A stretch of DNA of 64,000 nt from Nitrospirota bacterium (GCA_963845065.1 CAWJQQ010000001.1:736001-800000); one strand, 5' to 3'. Counted from the first letter of the stretch, positions 50,799 through 60,990 are shown. The notes: generated by a model not told the origin, from the sequence alone. A program made the numbers and translations.

Positions 50799-51215
50799 TC
50801 ACCCTATTATAATGTTATCGCCTTCAATTTTCAGCGGAATGACAGTTAGCGGTTTCGGAGGGGGGCCTGATTCGACGTTCCCATCGAGGTCATAGGTGCC
50901 GGCATGACAGGGGCATATTAATTTCTGCCTGCTTTTGCTAAACTCGACGAGGCACCCGAGGTGCGTGCATGTCCTCGTTAAAGCAATGAAACCCTTATCG
51001 GGCCGGTTGATCAGTACAGCAGGAGCATCCTGGTAGACGATATTCTTTGCTTCCCCTGAAGGGATTTCACTCTTGCGGACGATGAGCTTCTGGGCATCTG
51101 CAGCTCTGGTAGGGAGCGCTGTGAGAAATTTTAGAATGGAAAAAACAAAAGAGAAAACTGTAATTGATCCGAGAAAGGCTAGGATGACTTTCAGAAATCT
51201 GCGCCTCTTCATCAT
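50799..51215 (-). CDS. Rieske 2Fe-2S protein with Tat signal
   Basis: KRRRFLK; CTHLGC and CPCHAG; GPPPKPL; GGAGGA RBS. Confidence 0.93.
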   Translation of the reverse strand: MMKRRRFLKVILAFLGSITVFSFVFSILKFLTALPTRAADAQKLIVRKSEIPSGEAKNIVYQDAPAVLINRPDKGFIALTRTCTHLGCLVEFSKSRQKLICPCHAGTYDLDGNVESGPPPKPLTVIPLKIEGDNIIIG

Positions 51216-51238
51216 TCCTCCGATCCACTGGTGAATTT

Positions 51239-51374
51239 TTTTTCGTGAGTTAAAACTAACAAAAATGCAAATTATTGTCAAGTTAATAAGTTTCAGTACC
51301 GCACAATCTTGGTAATAAAAGCCACGGTAAATTCGTTAGAAAGTATTGACATTATTATCTTTGTATGTTATAAA
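51239..51374. promoter_or_regulatory. Divergent promoters between Rieske operon and 11-heme cytochrome
   Basis: Plus strand TTGACA(51346)-17-TATAAA with extended TG; minus strand TTGACA(51280)-17-TAGTTT overlapped by imperfect palindrome TTTTCGTGAGTT-AA-AACTAACAAAAA. Confidence 0.6.
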
Positions 51375-51435
51375 TGCTCGCTTAGTTCTTAGGAAGCTAA
51401 AGCTACAATTTTGGTTTGATTATGTAGGGGGGGAT

Positions 51436-52452
51436 ATGAAATTGGTCGAGTGGTTTAAAGCAAAGAGTGCGAAGTTAATCGAGCGCCTCAAGGAACCAAT
51501 GTCCTTGAAGGCGAAACTGTTCATCACAGTTCTTCTGCTCATCATCGTCTGCGGTGGAGGTTATGTTTCATATAGGTTTTACGACTTCACGCAGAACAAT
51601 CCCAAGTTTTGTGTGGGCTGCCATTTGATGCAGCCTGCGTATGAAAGTTGGTCGAAGAGCGAGCACAAGTCTCTGAACTGCCATGACTGCCATCACCTGA
51701 CCGTCCCGGAGCAAAACGAACTCCTTATCAATTTCGTACTGCATCGTCCGACGAGCGTTCCCGCACGCCATAGGGGTCAGGTCATCGTGCCTGAGAAGAC
51801 TTGTGAAAAGTGCCACACCGAGGGGACGGCCGAGCGCATCAACACGTCGATGTTCCACGCCAAACATGTTTTTATGGAGCAGATAGAATGCACGGAGTGC
51901 CACGGCGAAGTAAAACCCGACAAGAGCGGCTTGCACCATTTTCTTCCCACCGAGAAATTCTGCACCAAGTGCCACCAGAACAGGCAAGTACATGGTGTCG
52001 GCATGGGTGGCTTGGCCTGCATCAACTGCCATACCGACCGGACGCAAGATCTCAAGCCCGGGCGTTTCAAGTGTCTCTATTGTCATAGCTCGGATGAGAG
52101 CATCAAGCAGAAGCTTAAGTCGGATAATTCCATGGATGTGAGGTTCTTTACCCCCGATCCGGCGACGGTCAAGAAGGCGACGAAAATTGCCCTCGCCAAG
52201 AATTCTCCCATGCAGTTCTACTGCTATCAATGCCATAAACCCCATGTCCAGGGCAAGGTTCTGCCAAACAACGAAGTGTGTCTGAGTTGTCATACCGGCA
52301 TTCCGAAGACCAGCAAGCACAAGCTGCACCTTGATATGGACATGAAGTGCAAAGATTGTCATAAGCCGCACCTCTGGACGGTGACTGAGGCATCGGCCAA
52401 AAAAGACTGCGTAAAGTGCCATGAGTACCGTAGCCCGAAGGCGTTTCTCTAA
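51436..52452 (+). CDS. Membrane-anchored 11-heme cytochrome c with NapC/NirT-like N-terminus
   Basis: One N-terminal TM, then PKFCVGCHLMQPAYESWSKSEH; 11 CxxCH counted. Confidence 0.88.
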   Translation: MKLVEWFKAKSAKLIERLKEPMSLKAKLFITVLLLIIVCGGGYVSYRFYDFTQNNPKFCVGCHLMQPAYESWSKSEHKSLNCHDCHHLTVPEQNELLINFVLHRPTSVPARHRGQVIVPEKTCEKCHTEGTAERINTSMFHAKHVFMEQIECTECHGEVKPDKSGLHHFLPTEKFCTKCHQNRQVHGVGMGGLACINCHTDRTQDLKPGRFKCLYCHSSDESIKQKLKSDNSMDVRFFTPDPATVKKATKIALAKNSPMQFYCYQCHKPHVQGKVLPNNEVCLSCHTGIPKTSKHKLHLDMDMKCKDCHKPHLWTVTEASAKKDCVKCHEYRSPKAFL

Positions 52453-52556
52453 AGTTATTATCTCCAGAGCGCAGGATATCCAGTATTTCGGCAACATCCC
52501 GCGCTCGTACTCTTGAGATGCTTATTAAATTCTATGCGAAAGGAGGTGAAACCAGA

Positions 52557-52877
52557 ATGAAAAATTTTTTTGTATTGGCTATCGCAATAGTAGTAGTGCT
52601 CGCTTTCACGATGACTGCATTCGCAGTACCGTCCGGCAAGACAGTTGAGTTCTCGCCCATGGGAGCTGGCAAGGTCGTGTTCAGCGGCAAAGTTCATGCT
52701 GATCACGGACTCAAATGTTCGAATTGCCATCCAGCTATCTTCAAGATGAAAAAGGGCGCTGATGCCATCACCATGAAAGACATCAACGACGGTAAATTCT
52801 GCGGCACATGTCACAACGGCACCAAGGCCTTCGCCACGAATAACGCAGCTAATTGCGCAAAGTGCCACATGAAGTAG
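52557..52877 (+). CDS. c7-type triheme periplasmic cytochrome, paralogue 1
   Basis: Signal peptide; CSNCH, CGTCHNG..AF, CAKCH; AGGAGGTG RBS. Confidence 0.9.
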   Translation: MKNFFVLAIAIVVVLAFTMTAFAVPSGKTVEFSPMGAGKVVFSGKVHADHGLKCSNCHPAIFKMKKGADAITMKDINDGKFCGTCHNGTKAFATNNAANCAKCHMK

Positions 52878-52895
52878 AGTCATTATCCGACTGTT

Positions 52896-52929
52896 AAGCC
52901 CTCACGATTTTTTTCGTGAGGGCTTTTTT
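52896..52929 (+). terminator. Intrinsic terminator (insertion site of the IIC intron)
   Basis: AAGCCCTCACGA..TCGTGAGGGCTT-TTTT. Confidence 0.85.
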
Positions 52930-52932
52930 GTG

Positions 52933-53544
52933 GTGCGCCCGGTAGGGCGCGCTCACTTGGAGGTGCAAGTTCCTCTACGGACCCTGATGATGGAACCGTT
53001 AGCCGAACCGCAAGGGCTGCCGCCGCGAGGCGGGGTCTGAAAGAAGCGTGGAGCAAACGTGCGAGCCGATGAACAAAAAAAAGATATGAGATGTGAGTGC
53101 CGGACAAACGGGCAATTGACTGTGAAGTCCACATCCATCAAAGACGTAAAGCGTAAGTCTAGCACTTGTGCACAGTAGTGGAGGTCTGCGTCATGTTCCG
53201 CTATCGGAACTGGGGAAACCGCGAAGTTCCCTGATCGTGTCGTAGAGGTCACGACGGCTCCGCTCCATTAACTGGAGACAGTAGAAGCGAGGAAAGACCC
53301 GGTACAAGGAGCTAAGACAACGGGGAATACCTCACTACCAGACCGCAGTTGCGGCAAGTTCACCTAAAGGTCCATGGACTATGGCGTGCAATGCCACCGT
53401 GAAATAGACGTTTCCACGTTCTTATTTTGACTCGCTCTGACTTTCGAGAATAGTCTTTCGCAACGCTTAACCAGCCGAATTGCCGTGTAGGGTCCTGTAT
53501 GCACGTGTGACAGGAAAAGCCCATGAGGGCCTATCTATGTTAAT
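52933..53544 (+). mobile_element. Degenerate group IIC intron with RT ORF mostly deleted
   Basis: 5' GTGCGCCCGG 3 nt after a terminator; maturase C-terminal remnant WRQ*KRGKTRYKEL..SPKGPW..YFDSL*L; decayed DV/DVI at 53477-53544. Confidence 0.8.
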
Positions 53545-53980
53545 TGTCATTTAAAGTCAACAAGTGCAATTTTTACGACCAATAAGCAACGAACTGCTAT
53601 GGTTGCGAGGACAATAGCTAAAAACCTTCCCCATGAAGCTCAATTGCTTGACAGATTACTAATTATCTATTAGGCTATCCTTAGTTCATTAAAAAATTTA
53701 ACAAGCTACGCTACAGCAAAGTCATACGCCATTAGTTCTGCGGTACAATACTGAGTTGTTTACCTATACACTTCAATACATAAACCAGATCAACCCCTCA
53801 TCGAGGAGGAAGGCTTCGTCAAGAGCTTAGAGACATTCTCATTCGAGCGGTTGAGATAGGATATATGCTATCCAGTAATTCTCATGTCGTTTGTATACAG
53901 TGACTCTACGAGCGTTGTGTTCCAGCGTTAAAACATCAGCAAGTACACAATTTGGGATAAGAAGGGAGGTGAACGATCTT

Positions 53981-54289
53981 ATGAAAAAATTTGTCATCAT
54001 AGCACTTGCGTTCCTAGTCACATTTGTATTAGCAGCCTCTGCATTAGCGGTCGGTCCGGGTAAAACCGTGGAGTTTCAAAAAGGGGGTAAAGTCATCTTT
54101 GACGGGACAATCCATTCAAAGGCAAAATGTAACGCTTGTCATCCAGCCCTGTTCAAAATGAAAAAGGGCGCGGATGAGATGACCATGAAGGACATGGAAG
54201 CGGGGAAGTTCTGCGGAGCTTGTCATAACGGCACTAAGGCATTCAGCGTGAAGGACACTGCTAAGTGCGGAACATGCCACAAAAAGTAG
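53981..54289 (+). CDS. c7-type triheme periplasmic cytochrome, paralogue 2
   Basis: Signal peptide; CNACH, CGACHNG..AF, CGTCH; GGAGGTG RBS. Confidence 0.9.
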   Translation: MKKFVIIALAFLVTFVLAASALAVGPGKTVEFQKGGKVIFDGTIHSKAKCNACHPALFKMKKGADEMTMKDMEAGKFCGACHNGTKAFSVKDTAKCGTCHKK

Positions 54290-54311
54290 GATTGCTTCAT
54301 TAGTATTACAT

Positions 54312-54345
54312 AAAGCCCTCATGATCCAATTGTGAGGGCTTTTGT
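54312..54345 (+). terminator. Intrinsic terminator similar to that of paralogue 1
   Basis: AAAGCCCTCATGA..TTGTGAGGGCTTT. Confidence 0.8.
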
Positions 54346-54927
54346 ATTTATCTGCCCACAAGAAAAAGTATGGGGAAGCTGTATAATTATCGATACGAAG
54401 AGACCGCATGATTTGTTTAGGCATGCGAGATAGATATCATTTCCATTTATTAAGTGCAGGATATATCATGATAGTTGTGGCGATGATAGTCCAAGTATTC
54501 AAGAATATCGGGATCCGAAAGTTTTTAAAGAATGTTAGATGTGAAGAAAACTTTATGGAGCGGGAAATTATTATTACATGGATATAAGGAATGGACAGAA
54601 GGCGTGCACTGAGATTGCGCCGCAGCCTTGATCGCTAAATAGTATTGTTTGGAAACCAAAGTAAGAAAAAACGCAAGTGAAGTTGTTTTAGGATACTTCG
54701 ATATAGCAGGGGTGGCTAATGTTGTCGAACGTGAGGCCTTTTGCTGGATAATAAATCATTGAAATCACGTAAGACGCTGCTGTTCATTCAAGTATTTGGT
54801 AGGATGGAATTCATCTCATATTTTAGTTTGATTGAACATCGTGAGAGCTAGAGTTAATATATAAAAGAAGGGAAGTATGACGTATTTTTTTACGACATAT
54901 TATTTCAGAGACGAGGAGGTGGGGATC

Positions 54928-55332
54928 ATGACAATCAATCCGAAGTCTAGGGACGGATCAGACAAAGAGGTTCGTCTCCTAAGGACTTTCTTAGTGTTGC
55001 TTATTACCGCGATTTTTGCCATATCCTATGCAAACTTTGCCTTAGCTGCGGGAAGTATGCAGAAAGGCCAGAAGGATAATACTGTTCGTGGAGAAGTTGT
55101 TGCTGTAGACAACCTTCACCATAATATTCGCATGTTGACATTACGTTCAGAAAATATGGGGAACTTCCCGAACGACAGCTTCAATATTTATCTTAACCAC
55201 AGCACGACTGTGAAAATATGCAGCGAGCGCAAACCGTCGAAAGATATAAATGTCAACGGAAACGCAACAGTAACGTATCATGAAGTTAGAGGCTGGCTGC
55301 CTGTTGCCGACGCTGTCACGGAGCGGTGCTGA
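54928..55332 (+). CDS. Hypothetical exported small beta-rich protein
   Basis: GAGGAGG RBS, signal peptide (ALA), TVRGEVVAVD; terminator hairpin 55353-55385. Confidence 0.65.
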   Translation: MTINPKSRDGSDKEVRLLRTFLVLLITAIFAISYANFALAAGSMQKGQKDNTVRGEVVAVDNLHHNIRMLTLRSENMGNFPNDSFNIYLNHSTTVKICSERKPSKDINVNGNATVTYHEVRGWLPVADAVTERC

Positions 55333-55649
55333 CAATTTATTAACTCATTCGCAAGAAAGGCTCCGAAAAATTCGGGGCCTTTCTTATGAGCGAGAAGAGC
55401 GTGTGCGAAGATGTATCGACATTCATAAGAGCATGAAAGGTGTGCGTAGTGGTGATATTTTAAGACAGGAAGAGATCGTAGTGATTGATCACAGAAGGGC
55501 ATCGTTAACGTGTTACCAGAGATGTGCGCAGGATCGCCTAACTTTTTAAAAAGTGGACTGCCAGCAACAAGAAAGAGTGGCGGAGCGGTCTTTTCCATGG
55601 TAATATCTTGGGTTATCTGCCCCCTTCAGAGGACGTCGCAGAGTGAAAA

Positions 55650-56951
55650 ATGAGCCAGTCGACATTCGTGAGACGATTACTTTCTCAAGGTATGCAAAAT
55701 AGCCTCGATAAAATCGTAAGCAGTGCTTCCGGCAACGCTCACAACACAGTATTCAGGGTGCTCGGCGCCATCAGCTTTTCACATTTTCTGAACGACATGA
55801 TCCAGTCTTTGATCCTTGCGATCTATCCACTCCTCAAAGGCACGTTCCATCTCACCTTTGCGCAGATCGGTCTGATTACACTGACCTACCAGGTCACGGC
55901 TTCCTTGCTCCAGCCAATTGTCGGGTTTTACACTGACCATCATCCGAAGCCTTTCTCCCTGGCCTTCGGTATGGGATGCACACTCGTCGGCCTCTTAGTC
56001 CTGGCGGCAGCGAATAATTACGAAACGCTAATCTTCGCCGCCGCAATCATTGGCACTGGTTCGGCCATTTTTCACCCTGAATCGTCACGCGTGGCCCGCA
56101 TGGCCTCGGGTGGGCAACACGGGCTGGCTCAGTCGGTCTTTCAGGTCGGCGGAAATACGGGTAGCGCGATGGGTCCGCTGCTTGCCGCGTGGATTATTAT
56201 CCCCCATGGGCAGCGGAGCGTCGCATGGTTCTCGATTGCTGCTCTCCTCGCCATCACAGTGCTGTGGCAAGTCGGACAGTGGTACCGGCGCAGGCAGAAG
56301 TTTATTGGCCATGGGACTAGGCCACACCTTGATATCCGGACAGGCTTGCCGACTCGCACGCTCGCCCTGTCGATGCTGGTTCTGCTAGTATTGATCTTCT
56401 CCAAATTTTTTTACTTGGCGAGTATCAGCAGCTATTACATCTTTTATCTAATGTACCGCTTCAACTTGTCCGTGCAATCGGCGCAGGTGCACCTTTTTGC
56501 GTTTTTGTTCGCTGTGGCGATGGGTACGATCATGGGTGGGCTCATCGGCGATCGCATCGGCAGAAAGCGTGTGATTTGGTTCTCGATTCTAGGTGCGGCG
56601 CCTTTCGCGCTTATCATGCCGTATGCGAATCTCGCGTGGACAGGTGTTCTGGCTTTCGTTATAGGGCTTATTCTCTCTTCTGCGTTTTCAGCCATTCTCG
56701 TGTTTGCACAGGAACTTCTTCCCGGTAAAGTGGGTACCGTAGCTGGTCTTTTCTTTGGCCTGGCGTTCGGAATGGGCGGAATCGGTGCAGCAGTGTTGGG
56801 TAAGCTTGCGGACCAATATGGCATAAAATTTGTTTATCACCTGTGCTCTTATCTGCCCCTGCTCGGTGTGTTGACCGCCTTTTTGCCGGATCTCGGACGC
56901 AAGTCCGACTCGGCCGCTGTTTTGCAGTATCCGGTTCCGCGTTTGCCATAA
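55650..56951 (+). CDS. fsr: MFS transporter, fosmidomycin-resistance (Fsr) type
   Basis: SHFLNDMIQS, FHPES, QSVFQVGGN, GDRIGRK; about 12 TM. Confidence 0.85.
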   Translation: MSQSTFVRRLLSQGMQNSLDKIVSSASGNAHNTVFRVLGAISFSHFLNDMIQSLILAIYPLLKGTFHLTFAQIGLITLTYQVTASLLQPIVGFYTDHHPKPFSLAFGMGCTLVGLLVLAAANNYETLIFAAAIIGTGSAIFHPESSRVARMASGGQHGLAQSVFQVGGNTGSAMGPLLAAWIIIPHGQRSVAWFSIAALLAITVLWQVGQWYRRRQKFIGHGTRPHLDIRTGLPTRTLALSMLVLLVLIFSKFFYLASISSYYIFYLMYRFNLSVQSAQVHLFAFLFAVAMGTIMGGLIGDRIGRKRVIWFSILGAAPFALIMPYANLAWTGVLAFVIGLILSSAFSAILVFAQELLPGKVGTVAGLFFGLAFGMGGIGAAVLGKLADQYGIKFVYHLCSYLPLLGVLTAFLPDLGRKSDSAAVLQYPVPRLP

Positions 56952-57080
56952 GCTACGTAGCTGGCCGTAATACTGGCCATAATAATCGAACCAAATGCGG
57001 TCATGGCCAGAACGGTCATAAGCAAGCCCGACCGGAAACCAGTCCTAGATGGCATCACTCACTTAGTTGCTAGATGACAA

Positions 57081-57129
57081 CTGTCAGGACATCGTGCACT
57101 AATTTATCTGTCACGACATCGTGCACTAA
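57081..57129 (+). repeat. Two 22-bp direct repeats at the IS left end
   Basis: CTGTCA(G/C)GACATCGTGCACTAA at 57081-57102 and 57108-57129. Confidence 0.9.
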
Positions 57130-58072
57130 CATTCTTTGACAATCGAGTAGCCACATTCTGTACTATCATGGACACCACTACAATCAATAGGAGGTGTTCA
57201 TGAAAAAGAAAGTGCAGCAGGAACGAGCGGCAGCAGTGCAACGGTATCTCGCCGGAGAAGATCCGGAGAGCATCTGCGCCTCATTGGACAGATCGCGACG
57301 ATGGCTGTACAAATGGTTGGCACGGCATATCCCTGACGATTCTGCTTGGTATGATGATTTATCACGTCGCCCCCTTGTAAGCCCACACCGCACACCTGCG
57401 GAGATCGAAAAGATCGTCGAGATGGTGCGATGGCGTCTGTACAACAATGATCTTTTCTGTGGAAGCCAAGCTATCCTATGGGAAATGGAGGACATGAACA
57501 TTCAGCCGCTTCCCTCCATTAGTACTATTGACCGGATCTTGCGTCGCCGTGAATTGACCCATAGGCGGACCGGACGATATACCCCAAAGGGCAAGAAATA
57601 TCCCTCGCTCCCGGCGCTCTTGCCCAATCAAACCCATCAGGTTGATCTGGTCGGCCCTTGCTACCTTACCGGCCCAATTCGTTTCTACAGCCTGCATGCG
57701 GTCGATACTGCGACCAACCGATGCGGTATAGAGCCGATGCCCTCCAAAGCAGCGCAAAGCGTTTTAGACGCTGTTTATGCGGTTTGGCTGCGTATGGGCA
57801 TCCCTGAGAACCTTCAGGTGGACAATGAGATGGCCTTTTTCGGGAGCCCGATTCATCCCCGAGGCATGGGGCCACTTATTCGTTTCTGCCTGCATTATGG
57901 CGTTAAGCTATGGTTTATTCCACCATCCGAACCGTGGTGGAACGGAATCGTCGAGAAGTTCAATGACCATTATGAACAGAAATTTCTCGACAAGGTTTCT
58001 ATGGCCTCAATGACGCAGCTTCGGCAAGAATCACTGGCATTCGAACATCGGCACAACAGCACCTATCGCTAG
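57082..58072 (+). mobile_element. IS481-like element, 3'-truncated; DDE transposase 57200-58072
   Basis: TGT terminus; HTH (SRRWLYKW); DDE HQVDL, LQVDNE, NGIVEKFN; ORF ends at HNSTYR and no right end was found. Confidence 0.75.
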
Positions 58073-58976
58073 AGATTTGACATGCTCAACACCATCAGCT
58101 TTTCAATAGTGAAACTGAACGACCCGATCGATCCGAAAAAAATCGCCAGGATAGCCAAATTCACAAAAGAAGATGCCTTAAAAATATTTAGAAAACTACA
58201 GCCACCCAAATTATAATATTGTAATGCGGGTTCGTTTCGGCGGCAAGACCTTCCTGAAAGACATTGCCGCTTCTGCGATAAAAAGACTGGCTTAAATCTC
58301 AGATAGATGCCGGCTACAACAGCTTGGAAAAGCTAGAAGGCATCATCTGCGGCTATCTTGGACTGGGAAAACAAGCCCGACTTATCAAAGATCAGACCTT
58401 CGATGATCCGTACATCCAGTGTGTCCACGATAAATTCTTTCGGCTGCTTCAACATGTTCATGAGATGAAGCAACTTCGGCTGTCAACTCTCTAGTTATTT
58501 GAAGCCCCAACCAATAGATTAGTATTATCTTTGGTTGCAGGAGCTTTCATGAGTAATCTCAAGACCGTGAAGTTGGATTACGTTCGGTCACTCTTCCATT
58601 GGATTGGATACTGGTACAAACGTTACTTGGTTTAGGTCTGCAGTTAGTACAGACATCAGCCTTTTGCGGATCGCGTCCGATCTTTCTGATGGGTCTGTCC
58701 GTATCTCCCAAAGATATTTAGATTAAATACCAGCAGATTAGCATCAGCGCCGATAGAGCGCCAAGGTAGGTAAACAGATATTACTAAGCCCTTATAGGCC
58801 ATAAAGAGCTTTTGAGGGTTGCCTATAGCGCATCGGCCCCCTCTTAACTGCAGGATTTTAAGAATTATGTGTACAAAATAGTGATGGAATCCGAACCGGC
58901 CAATAAGGTGCTATAGTTGCAAAAGACACCAAAAAATCAGGGTATAGCGCTTTGGTAAGTCCGAGAACAATCTTTT

Positions 58977-59450
58977 TTACTCATTCCACAATGCGGAAAC
59001 GGCTTGCGGCTCCTTCTTGATGAGAAGAATGGAACATGGCATTCTTAAGATAAGTTCATGGTTACTCCTGCCAAACAGAAAGTGCTCTAAATGTCCTTCC
59101 TCATGGGCGAGCATGACGAGGAGGTCGATATGCTTTTCATGCACTGTCGTCAATATGTCTTTCGTGGGATCTCCCTCTTTAAGAATGACATCGATGGCGA
59201 CCCCTCGTAACTTTTCATGTTCAATTATATTATCAAGTTGCTTTCTGGTTTTCTTGAGAAGATCCTGATAGTCTTTCTCCAGGTTTGGCATAGGAAGGTT
59301 CCATCCTTCTATTCCGAAAGGATCATGGATGACATGGATCACTGTTAGTTGAGCTCCGTATTTTTGAGCTAGCGATGCGCCATAGTGGATTGCCTTGGCG
59401 TCATACTTAACCATTCTGCTTACGACGAGAATATGTTTTATAGTATCCAT
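58977..59450 (-). CDS. Universal stress protein
   Basis: IKHILV, IHVI, GDP..I, IDLLVM, FGRSNHELILRMPCSILLI. Confidence 0.9.
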   Translation of the reverse strand: MDTIKHILVVSRMVKYDAKAIHYGASLAQKYGAQLTVIHVIHDPFGIEGWNLPMPNLEKDYQDLLKKTRKQLDNIIEHEKLRGVAIDVILKEGDPTKDILTTVHEKHIDLLVMLAHEEGHLEHFLFGRSNHELILRMPCSILLIKKEPQAVSALWNE

Positions 59451-59534
59451 AGAATTGCCCTTCATAATTGTCCTAAACTTCTATTAATATTTTACCACAC
59501 CTTATGGTCAACCTCCTTAGCCTAGAACCCTGCA

Positions 59535-60947
59535 AGCCGCGTCTGCTTCACAAATCAAAGCATATTCAACGAGATATACTATCCACGACTGGATCAAGCG
59601 TGCACCCGAGACATGGGCTTGATCGTAACCGACAGCAGTCAATATTTTTTTGATGAGAAAATAAATACTTGGCAAAGCATGGCACCAATCGTTCCGGGCT
59701 TCCCCGCCTTTCGGCTCGAAATTACCAGTGAGGAAGGCCGCTATCGAATTGAGAAAGAGGTATTAACCGACCCATGGCGTGAGGTATTGCTTCAGCAGAC
59801 GCGCTTCTTGACGCTTCAAGGAACCTTGGAAACTTGTAGAGTATACGTGTTGCTTGCCCAACACATAGCGAATGCAGGATGGGGAAATACTGGCTGGCTC
59901 GGCGACTACAAGGGAGTGTTGATGCTATTTGCCGAAAGGGTGTGAATAACCATTGCTCCTGCATGCTCAGCAGGATGGCTTAATCGGTCCGTAGGTTTTG
60001 TTGGCATTTCCGACGGATGTCAGGACCTCTCACAGCATAAGCGAATGATCTGGGTCTATGACCGGGCAGAGAACGGGAATATCTCTCTCGCCGGAGAGAT
60101 CGGCTTAAGTCTGTGAAGGGAGAGTTCACGCTTGCCCTCTGCTTTGGCAGGAATGCCGCCGAAGCAGGAAACCGCGTTTTGGCGAGCCTGTCTGATGGCT
60201 TCACGCACGCAATAACGGATTACACCACGGAGTGGAAAGCATGGCAACAGAAGCTCCTATCACTTGGCAGCGATGAGCAGGGTAGGCATGATCTTTACCT
60301 GATCAGCACGGCTGTTATGCGGATTCACGAGGCCAAGAACTCTCCCGGAGGTTTCATTGCGAGCCTCTCTGTGCCATGGGGGTTTTCCAAGGGTGATGAC
60401 GATTTAGGCGGATACCATCTAGCATGGCCGCGTGATATTGTGGAGACCGCATCAGGGCTTCTAGCAGCAGGCACGCATGAGGATGCGCGAAGGGTGCTTC
60501 ATTATGTGGAATCCATGCAGGAATCGGATGGTCACTGGCCTCAGAACATGTGGCTCGATGGTACCCCTTATTGGGGGAGGGATTCAGATGGATGAGACCG
60601 CGCTTCCAATCATGCTCGTCGATTTTGCCAGGCGTGAAAAATCCCTTGGTCAGAGGGAACAGAAACGGCTGTGGCCAATGGTGAAACGGGCAGCATCCTT
60701 CATCGCTCGGAACGTGCTGTTTACGCAGCAAGACCGGTGGGAAGAGGACCAAAGTTACTCTCCCTTTACTCTTGCGGCTGAGATCGCGGCTCTGCTCTGT
60801 ACGGCTGATCTGGCGGACTTGAACGATGATAATAAAATCGCCGACTATTATGTCAGGATCGCTCCTCCTGAGGTCTCCGATGCATCGTCACCAGCCGGAG
60901 GTTTTGTGACCATTAAGAACCGATCAGAAAAAATGGGAAGGAATTGA
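59535..60947 (+). pseudogene. Glucoamylase/glucodextranase (GH15) pseudogene
   Basis: NEIYYPRLDQACTRDMG, GGYHLAWPRD, WPQNMW, QMDE, QDRWEE, SPFTLA spread over several frames; both ends truncated. Confidence 0.85.
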
Positions 60948-60990
60948 CTATTCTGTTAATATTACAAAAACATGACAAATTTATAAAACC

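Noticed and set aside
51346..51435. TTG start for the 11-heme cytochrome
   Set aside because: The TTG is the -35 box TTGACA; ATG 51436 has a G-rich RBS
51568..52497. Long antisense ORFs (51568-52497, also 20385-21230, 27346-27960, 33999-34628)
   Set aside because: They overlap well-supported genes on the opposite strand and show no motifs
53545..53980. GEMM-I cyclic dinucleotide riboswitch before triheme paralogue 2
   Set aside because: The GCAAAC..GAAA..GACGCAAAGC core was not found
42973..54289. Proof of extracellular electron transfer
   Set aside because: No outer-membrane porin or lipoprotein cytochrome is visible in this window
57081..57129. Direct repeats as a CRISPR array
   Set aside because: Only two copies with a 5-nt gap, at a transposase left end, and no cas genes
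58216..58970. Possible gene remnant after the IS
   Set aside because: The frames I checked are broken by stops and no family was recognisable by eye
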